DNA of 64,000 nucleotides from Ruditapes philippinarum. Taxonomy: Eukaryota. This document shows positions 54,701 to 64,000 of this stretch, one piece after another. Position 1 is the first letter of the stretch. Every line of letters starts with the position of its first letter. The DNA lies in NCBI RefSeq assembly GCF_026571515.1, contig NW_026862141.1, positions 1 to 64,000 of the forward strand. The letters are read 5' to 3'. Under the pieces are notes generated by a model. The model searched no databases and was not told the origin of the DNA. It worked only from the letters and a program-made list of their open reading frames with translations. The translations under genes and the position numbers were made by a program.

Positions 54701-57700
54701 TGACCCAAAGCCTTGTTTTACTTATCATAAACAATCTGCAACTTTAAAATGGTAATGGTTAACCTCTAAGATTAGATTGGAAATATTTAACAGTTTCAGC
54801 AATGAAGAAAATGAAACAAAAATTATCACTGCCTGTTAAAAGGGTTAATTTGCTACTTTAGGGATTAGTGCCCGAGTAGTTTAATATATACCATATTATT
54901 CTTTACATTGCATCAGTACTGTACTGGTTTAAGTTCCTGAGAGTTGTTCAGTTCTAAGGTCATTTTTCACAATCAATATTAGATATGCTTAGAATCACTG
55001 CAAAAACAAAGTTATTTGTCTTGTTTTTGACATTATGTTCTTACTTCACTTGTTGAGAATTTATAAAAGAAAATTTATGGTATTAGACTTAAGCAAAAAG
55101 GCAAAATGCTTACATTCAAGTGTGACATATAACTTAATAATAACAACAAGTAATGATAAACAATGTGAAGCTAACTCAGTGTTATTAATTTTTCATTATT
55201 TCTATCCTCACTTGTTTTTCTTACTCCAACACATACGAGGTGATTTTTTCTCACTTTGCACTTCTGTTTTTGCAGTTGTTTTTTTTTTACCTTTTTGATC
55301 TAACAGTCCACTAAAACAATAATTATGATTCGGATTAATTCCTTTTTGAGAAAGTTCTAGGTAATAAAATATAAAATTATATGTTTATACAATCATATTT
55401 ACATGTACCCAAATTAGTCTACATTTATGTCTGTGGTGCATTCCCCTTTCTTTCATTTCAACATGTTCCATGTGTGAATTAAACAACAATTTTTACAGAC
55501 AGCTCTTGTATAAATATAAATTTAGAATACACAAATTTTGATAATAATTTCAGTTACAGTCCCTCTTTATCTTCAACTTTATCTTTTTCTCTGTATAGAT
55601 TAGTTTATACAATTCTTTTATATTTTGAAAAGAACATATGTTGTTGTAATGATGAACATACATTATCATACATGAAATATGCCTATAGTTCTTTCTTATC
55701 TTTATCTGATAAAAATATAAATAATTATAGGTATGTATTATTGACTAATTTCTGTGAGGTTAGTTTATGGAAAATAAAGATTTATGTCATCAGAATGTAT
55801 GGTAGGTGATGGTGGATAACCAGCAGATGTCGTTGACCTGTAAATTGAACATCATTCTTAGTTATTGTTTATTTGTTGTTGTTGTTGTTGTCTGGTTTTA
55901 TTTTACATCTTGATTCAAATGAATGTTTTTTGATTATAGCAATTCTGTTTCCATATATTGCAGACGCCTTTGTGATGAAGAAGATGAGCTCAGTGAAGTT
56001 GAGCCGGATGCCGTCCCGACAGAAGTGCGGGATTGGTTAGCTCTAACGTTTACACGTTCTATGAGCAACATCAAACGACGTGGGGATGATAAACCTAAAT
56101 TTAGAAGTGTGGCAAATGCAATTAGGGCCGGCATTATGGTGGACAGGTATAAAAATGAACAAGTTAAATTTTCATGTTAAAAGTTCTGTTTTCAAAATTG
56201 TTTTTTTAATTTTACTTACAATTTTTTTATAATGACTTCCAAAAACTACCAAACGAAGTAATGTGAAGCTGACATAAATGATAATTAGTTAAAATGTTTG
56301 TATAATAAAAACATTTAGTGCTGTTCAATTTGATTGTTTTAGGGGACATTGTGGCTGAGTGGCTTAGAAGCTCTTGCCCTTCACCGATTTTTTGTGAAAA
56401 TCACAGGGACTTAAAATGATTTACTGTGAGGAAGCTATCCCTGAAGATTGCTGGTTCTACTACAGTTCCCATTTATGTTGAAAATAAGGCACAGTCGGGC
56501 ACCTTAGGCTTCCTTCTTTCACCAGTCAAACTGGCAAGTTGGCATTTGGCCTGTACAACAAAAACATTTTTTTTAAAGTATGATAGAAGATTGTGATTAT
56601 ATAGAAGGACAAAGTCATTTCATATTGATAATTCAGAATTAAACTTTTAATAACAAACAAGGAAAGTTACACAAATTATTATATTTAGGTAATAATGTTA
56701 AATGTTGACCAGTTTTAATTTCCATGTTTTGTAACTTAGCTTAATGTTAATTTAAGATGTTAAAATAATGTAAAATGTAAGTATAAATGTTAAAACTGTT
56801 TTCAGAATATACCGCAGACTTTCAAGTTCTACTGGTTTAAATGTTCCACCACATGTTCTTCTTATTTTAAAGGTATGTCAAAGAAAAATGGATGGATGAT
56901 AATGTATGTAACCAAAGTATTTACTGATGAACATGTTGGGTTTTTAGCACAGCATTGTGATCGTTATATGTCTGTTATTAAAGTCACCTAAAAATAGTCC
57001 CCTCAACCCTCCTGTATTACACCCAACATGAAACAAAATTAGTTTTTACATGCTGGAATTTTTAAGCATAACAGTCAAGGCAGTGTCTTTTCCAACCCTT
57101 TTGAAAAAAGGTATTGGGTATTTTTGTAAGTCACAAAATAAGTTACTACTGCCAAATTTTGAGTTATTATCCATTTTGGAACAATAGAATTGCTGGCAAA
57201 TTTGCAAATTTGGAACGGATTTGTTAACAAGACCCCCTGTGAAGAAGGGAAAAAAGCACTGCATAAAGAATTGTAACAGAAATGTAGAAATTTAGAAAAT
57301 ATAAGAGAAAATGCTAATCAACTTGTGCTGGTAAAAGTGTGTAGTTCTATCTTTCTGTCTCATTCATCTATCATAAAGAAATTTAATTAAAATTGAATGT
57401 TTCTTGGAAAATAAAAACAACAAAGAACCTGCACTAGGCCAAATGAATGAGGGAGGAGGGACAAATTAAAATCTGATTTTATCCATGAATTTAAATTTAG
57501 GTGGGCGATGAAAAAGAAGTTTGTTAGTAATTTCTTTTTCTGTTAAGTTTCTTTTTTCTAAGTTATGCCAACATTTTTGAAGTTATATTAATACTTCTAC
57601 TAGCAGATTGTATTTCCATATGTATGTCTACAGTTTGTATAGGTTTTTTATCTGAAAAAAAAATGCCCTAGTCTTACTTTTAAACAGACAAATTATATTA

Positions 57701-60700
57701 TTATATGAAATAGCCATATATTAGAAATGTTTTAACCCATGACCTTGTTAGCAGAGACATTCCCAATGACTGTATTATGTATATTCCTATTTTTCCTAAT
57801 TTGGCTTTTTTTAGCAACATGTCTTTGCTAAATCTATCTAATTTCATGACTTAAGATTTTTAAAAAGTGTTTAAAATACAAAAAAGGCACTGCTTACACA
57901 AGATTCCTTTTAAAAAATGGTTGATTGATGGCCCATATTTTAGTTACTTGAAAAATAATGTCAAAAGTTACTTGTTGCTCATATTTTTTTTTCATAAAAA
58001 AAATACAACTGGGATAAACTGCTAGGGGATTGATGGCATAACTTTGAAAAAAGAAAGAATAAATTTAATTCTGCCTTTGAGAAAAAATATTGCATTCTTT
58101 ATCAGTGTATAACAGCAACATTTTTTCTGGACACAAAGGGTTATAAAACTCCTTGTAGAGCTGATAATCATGTTACATCTGCTTTTTTTGCAGATTACGA
58201 TTTGTCCCATTAAAACATGAGTGTAATGAGGTATGCCCAGTTTCGTGTGTGTTCATGTTCTTATGTTTGAGTGCAGAAAAATACATTTTTATTCTAAATA
58301 GGTTTCATACCTAAAATCCTAAATTCCAATTCGTTCAGTAAGTTATAAGGGAGATAATTATTATTATTGTCAACCTGGTCATATAGTTCACAGAACTGCT
58401 TTTACTGCACAACTTTAAAATATTTTATGGATTAAAAGCTCCAGGATTTTTACAGTTAAACTCTGACATGTAGACTAAGAAAATGTTGTCAGATCAGACT
58501 TATTTCACATATTTTTATACCTAAGTGCAGTAACAAGGTAACTCCTATTAAATTTAATAGGAGTAAAACTATTATTGCGCTAAGGTGACAAAAGGACATG
58601 CTGGTCTGACACACAAGGGAGGTAACTTTTATTTTGAGTTGTCTTTAGTATGAAAGTGAGAGTGAAGAAGTCAGAGAGAGTGAAGAAATAATTGCAGAAA
58701 TGTTCGGTAACAGTTTCTCAACTCTACCTGGAGCTTTTAATTCTGTTAACAGTTTATATTACAAGAAGTGGCCACCTCTAAATTTAGATGACTTTCATAC
58801 TGCTTTGTTTTACAAAAAAGAATTTGTAAGAAATGTTTGGATTTTAATAAAATTTATACCAGAAATAAAGTTTAACTTCACGTGAAATAGAGGTGAACAC
58901 TGCTTCATGTTGATTTATCTGTTATTTTATATTGTTAACTGTTACCCAATTAATATGACTGTGATAAATTGATTAAAAACAAAACTTGATAAAAACAGTA
59001 ACATCATATAATTTTTACAGTTCATTTGTACTTATTTGAGAAAGTTGTATTCTTGCTGCATAATATTTCAAGAAATCCATTGTTATAAAATCTTTATGAA
59101 ATCTTTATCATTATATTTAGATATGCTTTTTTTCTGATTTATTTCATTGAGTTAAAATAATATGTTTGTTTGTCTGTTATATTTCAAATCAATATCACAA
59201 GCTTTAGTATATTATTATTATCACAAGCTTTAAGTCTGTTATTATTTTTATTTTTATTATTTGTCTGTGATTATTCATTTTGATATCATTGCCATTTATT
59301 ATTCATTTTGAAATAATTGGCTTTAATTATTCATTTTGTCAATTTGATATCATTCATTGACCTACGATTATTCTAAATGATATATATGATCTCTGATTAT
59401 GTTATAACCCTATGATTAGCCTATGATTATATAATTTATATTGATGACTTGATAATAATGATGGTTTTATGTTACAGCAACTAGATGACTGGTCTTTCAA
59501 CGTGTTCTCTGTAAATAGTGCCTCAGATGGACATGCTCTTAAATATGTTGGATATGAACTATTGCAAAAATATGACTTGATAACCAAGTTCAAAATAAAT
59601 AACAGTGTGTTGGATAGTTTTCTGTTAGCCATTGAAACAGGTTATAGCAAGTACAAAAATCCGTACCACAACTTAGTACATGGGGGAGATGTTGCGCAGA
59701 CTGTACATACTATACTCTCTCAAAGTAAACTTGTAGTAAGTATATCATATTCAACATTCATGAAAGAATTTACATTCTGATGTAGTGTTTAAGAAATTAA
59801 TATAAAAGAATATCTCATATAGATTAGTGATTGTTATGATAATCTTAGATGTAAGGACTGTGCTCTCCCTTAACCAAGTTTTGGAACAGTCTATTGTCAA
59901 TTTTTGAGATATCAAAATGTAACTATGAAGTTGGTCAGGTAGCTGTAAAGAGCACACTTGTACTGGCTGTCCTGGCTCTATGCTGGTGACAAAGGATAAA
60001 CACTTGTAGTTAGTTCCATCACCTTAAAAGTTAAATTCTTAAAGTAGTTAGCAAATAATTTGAGAGAAGCTGGCAGTTAAGCACTCTTGAAGGTTTGGCT
60101 AGCCAGCATTAAAATTCTTCTACATTAATTTTGAAAGTTTTGTCAAATTCTTTATAATATTTGTTCTTTAATTAATGACATATTTTATCTATGTATATAT
60201 AATCATTTTAAAAAGACCTTATTAATGCTATATTTTGACTAGTATAATACAGCTGACTTATATTGATCTGGCAGCTTATTTTCTAGTAACTCAGATGAAT
60301 TAATACCAGTTTTATGTCAGGACTATATTTGCATTTTATATATGGCTTTAATGTATTTGAGCAACCATTGAAACTATTTTCTGAGAAAGACCAGGCCTGT
60401 TTAAGTCACTAATATTTATTTTATGGCTATTTAAGAAAGCTTATAGAAGATTTGGTTCAACAGTCCGCCTTGTGTTTCAGCAAGACAAATTGTTTTATTC
60501 TACAAGTACTTTGTAAATGTCTTGTGATTTTCTGTCTCCCTATACTTTCTCTAGTCTGTGAGATAAACCACTGATCTAAATAATGTGCCCGCACCAGACA
60601 TCTTTTGTAATTGAAAAAAGGATAGGAAAATGAGGGGGGTAGTTTATAAAAGATGAAAAAATAAACTGTTATTTTAATGGCTGGTTAACTGTTTAGACAA

Positions 60701-62970
60701 GGGGATTATCTGTTTTCTTTTACATGTGAAATGTTTTCGAGATTTTCATCTGCTTTCTTTCTGTTAGTTGTCTGTTGTACAACAATTTTGTTCCAGTCTG
60801 TTTTAATTTAGGTGTTAAATAAAACCTCTCACACATTATAATTTAAGAGATGAAAGAAATCATTGTGTACTGTAGAGTTAACATATGTGCTTGCTCTTCA
60901 GTCAGTCAGTTTTATTTCTTCAGTAAACTATAGATTCACATCAATTTTGGAATTTTAGTTTTTACTCTACTGGCATGCGAGCAGTTCCCGTACAGAAGCA
61001 GTACCCGTATTTTTCATTTAAACGCTTAATTTTTACATGCATTCTTCAAAAATTCATTTCAAATCAAGCAGATACGAGACAAAATCTAAGTGTCAGTTCG
61101 GCAGTACGTATAAAAAGTCTCATTTTAAATCACTTTCACCTGTGCGTTGTCAAAACGTGACCTTGTTTTATCTGGGGGATTCCGTCCTTGCGCGCATGCG
61201 CAAACATACTTACACGTGAGGTATGTTAAAGGGTTTTCCACTAATACCACCTGTTTACAGATAAGAAGGCAATGTGATGAAAACTTGTTTAATTATCAGA
61301 ATTTTGACCAATATTACTATACAAAATAATTTTATGGCTTTGATGCGTAAAATATCATGCATACAAGCATGCCATCGCATGTGAATGCGTTGGGGGTAAC
61401 GGTACCGGGTAATAGATACACGCGTTTAGTCTACTTTCTATTTCCTGAGTTACATCTATTTATCTCTTAGAAAATGGTCTGTTCAACAATTATAAATGAA
61501 AAATAGGTCCGATATAATAAAATTGTATAATTATAATGGGTTAAATTTTATGTACGGGAACTACTTCTCTTCATACAAAATAATGGATAATTTCTGTACC
61601 CCACATGAGGCCTCATAACTAAGGGTTATTCTATGTTTAGAACATGATGGAATTTCCATGATTTGTGTGACGAGCCGAATATTGATGTGTAACATTCAAA
61701 TTTTGGTGAGTGAGCGTAATAAAAAATAATGTTTAAGTAACCACAATTTTTGTACGGGAACTGCTCGCATGCCAGTACAACAACTGTGTTTATTTTAAAC
61801 TTGACACATATACTCTCAGCCATTAACACAGACCTGGCATATCATGGATTTATAATCAATAATTCCATTTTATGTAATAATAAAATTTCTGCATGATGTT
61901 TGATTGAATTACCATTGGTCTGGCAGCTCAGTCTTGTTTTATTTTTACTTATATAAGTAAAAAACATTATAATCAATATGGTCCCTGGTGTATATACATG
62001 ATTATAATACTGCATGTTTGTAACGTCGCTTTTCATTGGATAATCGTGATGTTTATATAGTTTTATATACACTGCTACTGTCGATTCATGAAGAAATCTT
62101 ACTTTTTTCTCTAAAAAATGATGTGTGCTGTATTATAAATTCGTTATAAAGATTGTTGACAGGATATATGGCCGTATATAAACGGCTGTTTGCAATATAA
62201 CCCTTGCCTAGCAGCTCGGGTTATATTTACAAACAGCCATTTATATATCGCCATATAACCTGTCAACAATCCTCATAACTAATATTGTTATGATTACAGA
62301 ATTGGTTGACAGATCTTGAAGTGTTTGCAACTATTGTGGCAGCTTTAATACATGACTATGAACATACAGGGACAACAAACAACTTCCACATACAAACCTC
62401 GTATGTATTTATTATTATTTCATGTTATTTTAGTTTATAAAGAAGTGATGGAAACTTATTTGTATATTTAAAAGATTATTTATTAATGCTTTGTAGCTCT
62501 CGCCTGAAAAAGCATTTCTATATAGGTAAATGAGTCTGATTAATGTCATTCCAAAAAGGCAATTTACTACCATATTTATTTCATGCTAGTACAAAATTTA
62601 TTTTAGAAGTTGAAGATAATTGAGAAAGTCTTCATCAGGAAAAGAATCTGAGTGTATATTTAAACAGAGATTAATCAAGGTGAACTACATGTAATTTGTA
62701 TAAAGATATGTCTCTGTCTGTTGTTATCCAGTCAGTCAGTCAGTCATATTTTCCCTCAATGACTGAGCTCTTATATCAGTCAACAATCTATCAATAAAAT
62801 AGTAGAAAACATACATAAGTTGTGAAATATGTGCTAATTTTCAGGTCTGAGGTAGCACTATTGTACAATGATAGAGCCGTTCTAGAGAACCATCACATCA
62901 GTGCAGGTTTTAAAATCATGAGAGATGAGGAAAGTAATATCCTCTCAAATCTTAGTAAAGAAGAATACAG
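27644..62970 (+). CDS. PDE1: PDE1-family Ca2+/calmodulin-dependent 3',5'-cyclic nucleotide phosphodiesterase, spliced, 3'-partial: join(27644..27709,33730..33747,46416..46596,47242..47355,55964..56146,56806..56872,59478..59735,62300..62400,62845..62970); first exon(s) further upstream
   Basis: Hand-spliced exons with GT-AG boundaries and compatible phases give ...LRLKHIVRKLQ...NLEYAAQVLETVYIDETRRLCDEEDELSEVEPDAVPTEVRDWLALTFTR...KPKFRSVANAIRAGIMVDRIYRR...WSFNVF...YHNLVHGGDV...HDYEHTGTTNNF...YNDRAVLENHH, the PDE1 N-terminal region plus PDEase_I motifs. Confidence 0.93.
27960..29280. repeat. Minisatellite, 49-bp unit TTATATGAGGGCATAAGTCTGGTGAACGATGTATTTACTACTGAAGCAG
   Basis: TATATGAGGG at 28201 and 28250; recurring deletion variant. 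Confidence 0.96.
29982..30256. mobile_element. Palindromic (foldback) non-autonomous element
   Basis: Long imperfect hairpin 30011-30109 plus a TATCACATA / TATGTGATA inverted pair. Confidence 0.5.
31540..33060. repeat. Minisatellite, 28-bp unit AATGTGGTCCAATGTTAATGTATAAGTC
   Basis: ATGTGG at 32641 and 32669. Confidence 0.96.
33730..33747 (+). CDS. PDE1: Probable 18-nt microexon (H-ENFEQ-G), phase 1-1
   Basis: tgtttatttcag|ATGAGAACTTTGAGCAAG|gtaatt; frame-preserving; TGCATG at 33956 downstream. Confidence 0.55.
35330..36480. repeat. Minisatellite: homogeneous 27-bp core (about 35975-36410) inside an old diverged ~30-bp array
   Basis: AGCTAGCACCATACTCCTATCTTGAGA core; flanks keep the aagc/agcac/tatctt skeleton. 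Confidence 0.93.
37090..37990. repeat. Minisatellite, 28-bp unit CAATGGCTTGTAATAAAGCAGTAAGTAA
   Basis: Direct periodicity. Confidence 0.95.
38571..39750 (+). mobile_element. Complete non-autonomous Helentron-type element (HINE; DINE-1/CvA-pearl-like architecture) with six 167-bp internal repeats
   Basis: T-rich ends, sub-terminal IR ATGCCCCCACA (38576) / TGTGGGGGCAT (39713), (GTCC)n microsatellite, repeat units at 38674, 38841, 39008, 39174, 39341 and 39508, 3' hairpin GTGTCC-TAT-GGACAC, terminal CTAGTT. Confidence 0.88.
40050..41590. repeat. Minisatellite, 46-bp unit, alternating with a 50-bp variant in its 5' part
   Basis: ACCATAACACTGACCTCATACGGTATTGTTGAATATTTAAAATATA; variant carries GGTAGGTA. 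Confidence 0.96.
42440..44810. repeat. Minisatellite, 47/45-bp units with a dimeric block
   Basis: AATGTCATGGGGATTAAATGTTTCAATGGTATAAGTACCTTATGTTT alternates with an ATCATGAGG/GTAACTT variant at about 43320-43700. Confidence 0.96.
46010..46435 (+). repeat. Degenerate ~48-bp tandem repeat whose last unit contains the 46416 splice acceptor
   Basis: AAGCTGCACATCTGTTTCATGTACAAGGTATCT units align with TTTCAG|GTACAGGGTCTTTGACAG. Confidence 0.7.
46416..46596 (+). CDS. PDE1: PDE1 exon, Ser-rich N-terminal region (GTGSLTVLRRSNSK...DRLPPVDVPEASHVCSLR), phase 1-2
   Basis: ttcaatttcag acceptor, AAG|GTTACT donor, open frame that continues into the 47242 exon (AG+A = Arg). Confidence 0.85.
46830..47020 (+). 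mobile_element. Highly degenerate copy of the 10149 SINE family
   Basis: ggtggttctactcaggtg and tcttccacca core segments. Confidence 0.5.
47242..47355 (+). CDS. PDE1: PDE1 exon, first CaM-binding region (LKHIVRKLQKEDVSKEDLLKNLEYAAQVLETVYIDETR), 114 nt
   Basis: ctttattccag acceptor, AAG|GTATTT donor; matches the PDE1 NLEYAA..LE.VYIDETR motif. Not shown in the ORF track in this frame. Confidence 0.95.
47845..48100 (+). mobile_element. Probable SINE remnant of a different family
   Basis: tRNA-like ccttcagatcaggaggttgaaggtttgagcc head; GC/CpG-rich block inside AT-rich intron. Confidence 0.45.
48420..48640. repeat. Short degenerate tandem repeat (GCACTTATGTTAGGTAACTGCTGTCAGTAAAT-like)
   Basis: Five to six imperfect copies. 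Confidence 0.7.
49538..49598. repeat. 61-bp near-perfect palindrome
   Basis: TTTGATGCAAAATAGTGTC...TTGGTATAT-A-ATATACCAA...GACACTATTTTGCATCAAA, one mismatch. Confidence 0.85.
50711..50745. promoter_or_regulatory. Inverted pair of CRE/ATF-like sites (TGACATCA at 50711, TGATGTCA at 50738) upstream of the candidate internal first exon
   Basis: Each is one mismatch from TGACGTCA and lies 40-70 bp 5' of ATG 50783. Confidence 0.3.
50783..50841 (+). CDS. PDE1: Candidate internal first exon (MADSETEGNPEISSTALAK-L), phase 2, for a short isoform lacking CaM region 1
   Basis: aacaaagATGGC start context, stop-free, CT|GTAGGT donor in the phase required to join 55964 (or 52760). Confidence 0.55.
51760..51900 (+). 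mobile_element. Highly degenerate copy of the 10149 SINE family
   Basis: ttcatttgagg, tggttctat, tgccc...tgaagtaatgaatggaggggcatct core segments. Confidence 0.5.
52760..52819 (+). CDS. PDE1: Probable 60-nt cassette exon (R-CRECSSDVICKCKQKLNDA-R), phase 2-2
   Basis: Long polypyrimidine tract ending in tag, CAG|GTAAAA donor, in frame between the 47355 and 55964 boundaries; TGCATG at 52849. Confidence 0.55.
53541..53907. mobile_element. hAT-type MITE (367 bp) with 8-bp TSD
   Basis: TIR TAGTGTTG / CAACACTA; TSD GCTAAAAT at 53533-53540 and 53908-53915; sub-terminal ATCGAT/ATCGG repeats. Confidence 0.9.
55964..56146 (+). CDS. PDE1: PDE1 exon, PDEase_I N-terminal/autoinhibitory region and second CaM-binding region, 183 nt
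   Basis: ttgcag acceptor, CAG|GTATAA donor; encodes RLCDEEDELSEVEPDAVPTEVRDWLALTFTRSMSNIKRRGDDKPKFRSVANAIRAGIMVDR. Confidence 0.96.
56342..56560 (+). mobile_element. Degenerate copy of the 10149 SINE family
   Basis: ggggacattgtggctgagtgg head, tgtgaggaagctatcc, tggttctac and gggcacct segments collinear with 10149-10360. Confidence 0.7.
56806..56872 (+). CDS. PDE1: PDE1 exon (IYRRLSSSTGLNVPPHVLLILK), 67 nt
   Basis: gttttcag acceptor, AAG|GTATGT donor; phase 2-0 links the flanking exons in frame; resembles PDE1 MYRR....GL.YP. Confidence 0.93.
58649..58825 (+). CDS. PDE1: Candidate phase 0-0 exon of 177 nt, or internal first exon from ATG 58700 (MFGNSFSTLPGAFNS...FYKKEF)
   Basis: gtctttag acceptor, purine-rich start (YESESEEVRESEE), 59 stop-free codons in AT-rich intron, TTT|GTAAGA donor in frame with the 59478 exon. 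Confidence 0.35.
59478..59735 (+). CDS. PDE1: PDE1 exon, start of the catalytic domain (QLDDWSFNVF...YHNLVHGGDVAQTVH...SKLV), 258 nt
   Basis: gttacag acceptor, GTA|GTAAGT donor; carries the YHNxxH metal-binding motif. Confidence 0.96.
60970..61775. mobile_element. MITE (806 bp) with perfect 25-bp TIR and TA flanks (Tc1/mariner-type)
   Basis: CTGGCATGCGAGCAGTTCCCGTACA ... TGTACGGGAACTGCTCGCATGCCAG, TA on both sides, CpG-rich, no transposase ORF. Confidence 0.9.
62151..62271. repeat. About 120-bp imperfect palindrome next to the 62300 acceptor
   Basis: GATTGTTGACAGG / CCTGTCAACAATC arms with inner GGCTGTTTG / CAAACAGCC and ATATAACCC / GGGTTATAT. Confidence 0.85.
62300..62400 (+). CDS. PDE1: PDE1 exon with the PDEase_I signature (NWLTDLEVFATIVAALIHDYEHTGTTNNFHIQTS), 101 nt
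   Basis: gattacag acceptor, CTC|GTATGT donor; HDxxHxGxxN signature. Confidence 0.96.
62845..62970 (+). CDS. PDE1: PDE1 catalytic exon (SEVALLYNDRAVLENHHISAGFKIMRDEESNILSNLSKEEYR), 126 nt
   Basis: attttcag acceptor, CAG|GTTTGT donor; YND..VLENHH motif. Confidence 0.96.
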
Positions 62971-64000
62971 GTTTGTATTTTGTTTATATATTCCTCAAAT
63001 ATTAGTAAAGAAAATGGCATAAACAGGTTTGGTTTTGTTTAGTTATAAGTTTTAAATTATGGTAAGGAAGGTAATCCAAGTTTGTTTTGTTCACTCATCT
63101 CAGAAAAACTTAGATTTGCCTCTCAAATATTAATGAAGCAGAACTCACTCTATGATTCCATAGCAGTTTTACTAACAAAGATGTTTGGTTTATGAGGTCA
63201 ACGGTTTCAAATTAAGTTAGACCTAAATTATTTCTCATGCAATAAAGGTTTGACAATAATTCTTAACTTGTCTATACAAGGAAGTATCCTGCATGGTCTG
63301 ACTGCATATTATGTAAATTTCTTGTTTAAATTGTCTTGTGCAATAAAATATATTTTTCTATTTACTAAGTGTTTAAAGTCACATCCATTCAAATCCTATC
63401 AGTCAGCTAACAATTGTTAGCAACTTATCATTGGCAGTTTATACTTAATCTTTTTACTAACAATTTGTTAATTTATCTTTTCTGATCAGTAAGTGTCATA
63501 ATGTTCTTAAAATTTCTGTCTGAATTGACATAATAGGAAAAGTCATGTTGTACAATGGTTAATATTATCAACTAAAAAAGAAACACCTACTTAGTTTACA
63601 GTATGAAGGGGTCAATGAAGGGGTCAAAGTAGTTGATTAAAATACAATCACAAAACTTAAGCTTGTATTCAAACCAATTTTCTCTCTTAAAGTAAATTAA
63701 AACTAGAATGAATTTGACACAAAAACAAACAATGTAATGTATTTTTGTAGCCATATTACAAATCAAACTATCATGGGCCTTTAAATTGTTGCAAATGGCA
63801 GGACTCAAGTATCATGTGACACCATAAAATAGGATATCCAGTAATCCATAATGGGTTGAAATATTTATGGAACAGAAGCACATTAAAAGCTGTAGAAGAG
63901 AGGGCATAAAACATTGTCTAAATGTGGCTAAAGTAACCTTTCCTGGTTTTAAGCTTGTCTGAACCTTTTAGTAAGTGTAATTTTAGGAGGTATTGTCTGA

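Noticed and set aside
8177-56560. Sense-strand bias of SINE copies
   Set aside because: Few copies, one antisense copy exists at 24160, and + strand copies are easier to spot by eye.
57080-57262. Possible hAT MITE (CAGTG...CACTG)
   Set aside because: Terminal repeats are imperfect and no matching 8-bp TSD is visible.

Overview
AT-rich, intron- and repeat-rich animal genomic DNA; the SINE and Helentron-type repeats suggest a bivalve mollusc (inference). The window holds the 5' two-thirds of one + strand gene, a Ca2+/calmodulin-dependent cyclic nucleotide phosphodiesterase (PDE1 family). Seven exons (46416-62970) splice in frame through GT-AG sites and encode both CaM-binding regions and the catalytic motifs YHNxxH and HDYEHTGTTNNF; the gene continues past the window end. 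Phase analysis also supports a 66-nt exon, an 18-nt microexon, a Cys-rich 60-nt cassette exon, three candidate upstream first exons and two candidate internal starts that would give isoforms with 2, 1 or 0 CaM-binding regions. The 5' introns carry about a dozen unrelated minisatellite arrays (about 17 kb), tRNA-derived SINEs, MITEs and a complete Helentron-type element with 167-bp internal repeats. Most long ORFs in the supplied track are repeat artefacts. No CRISPR array or prokaryotic system is present.
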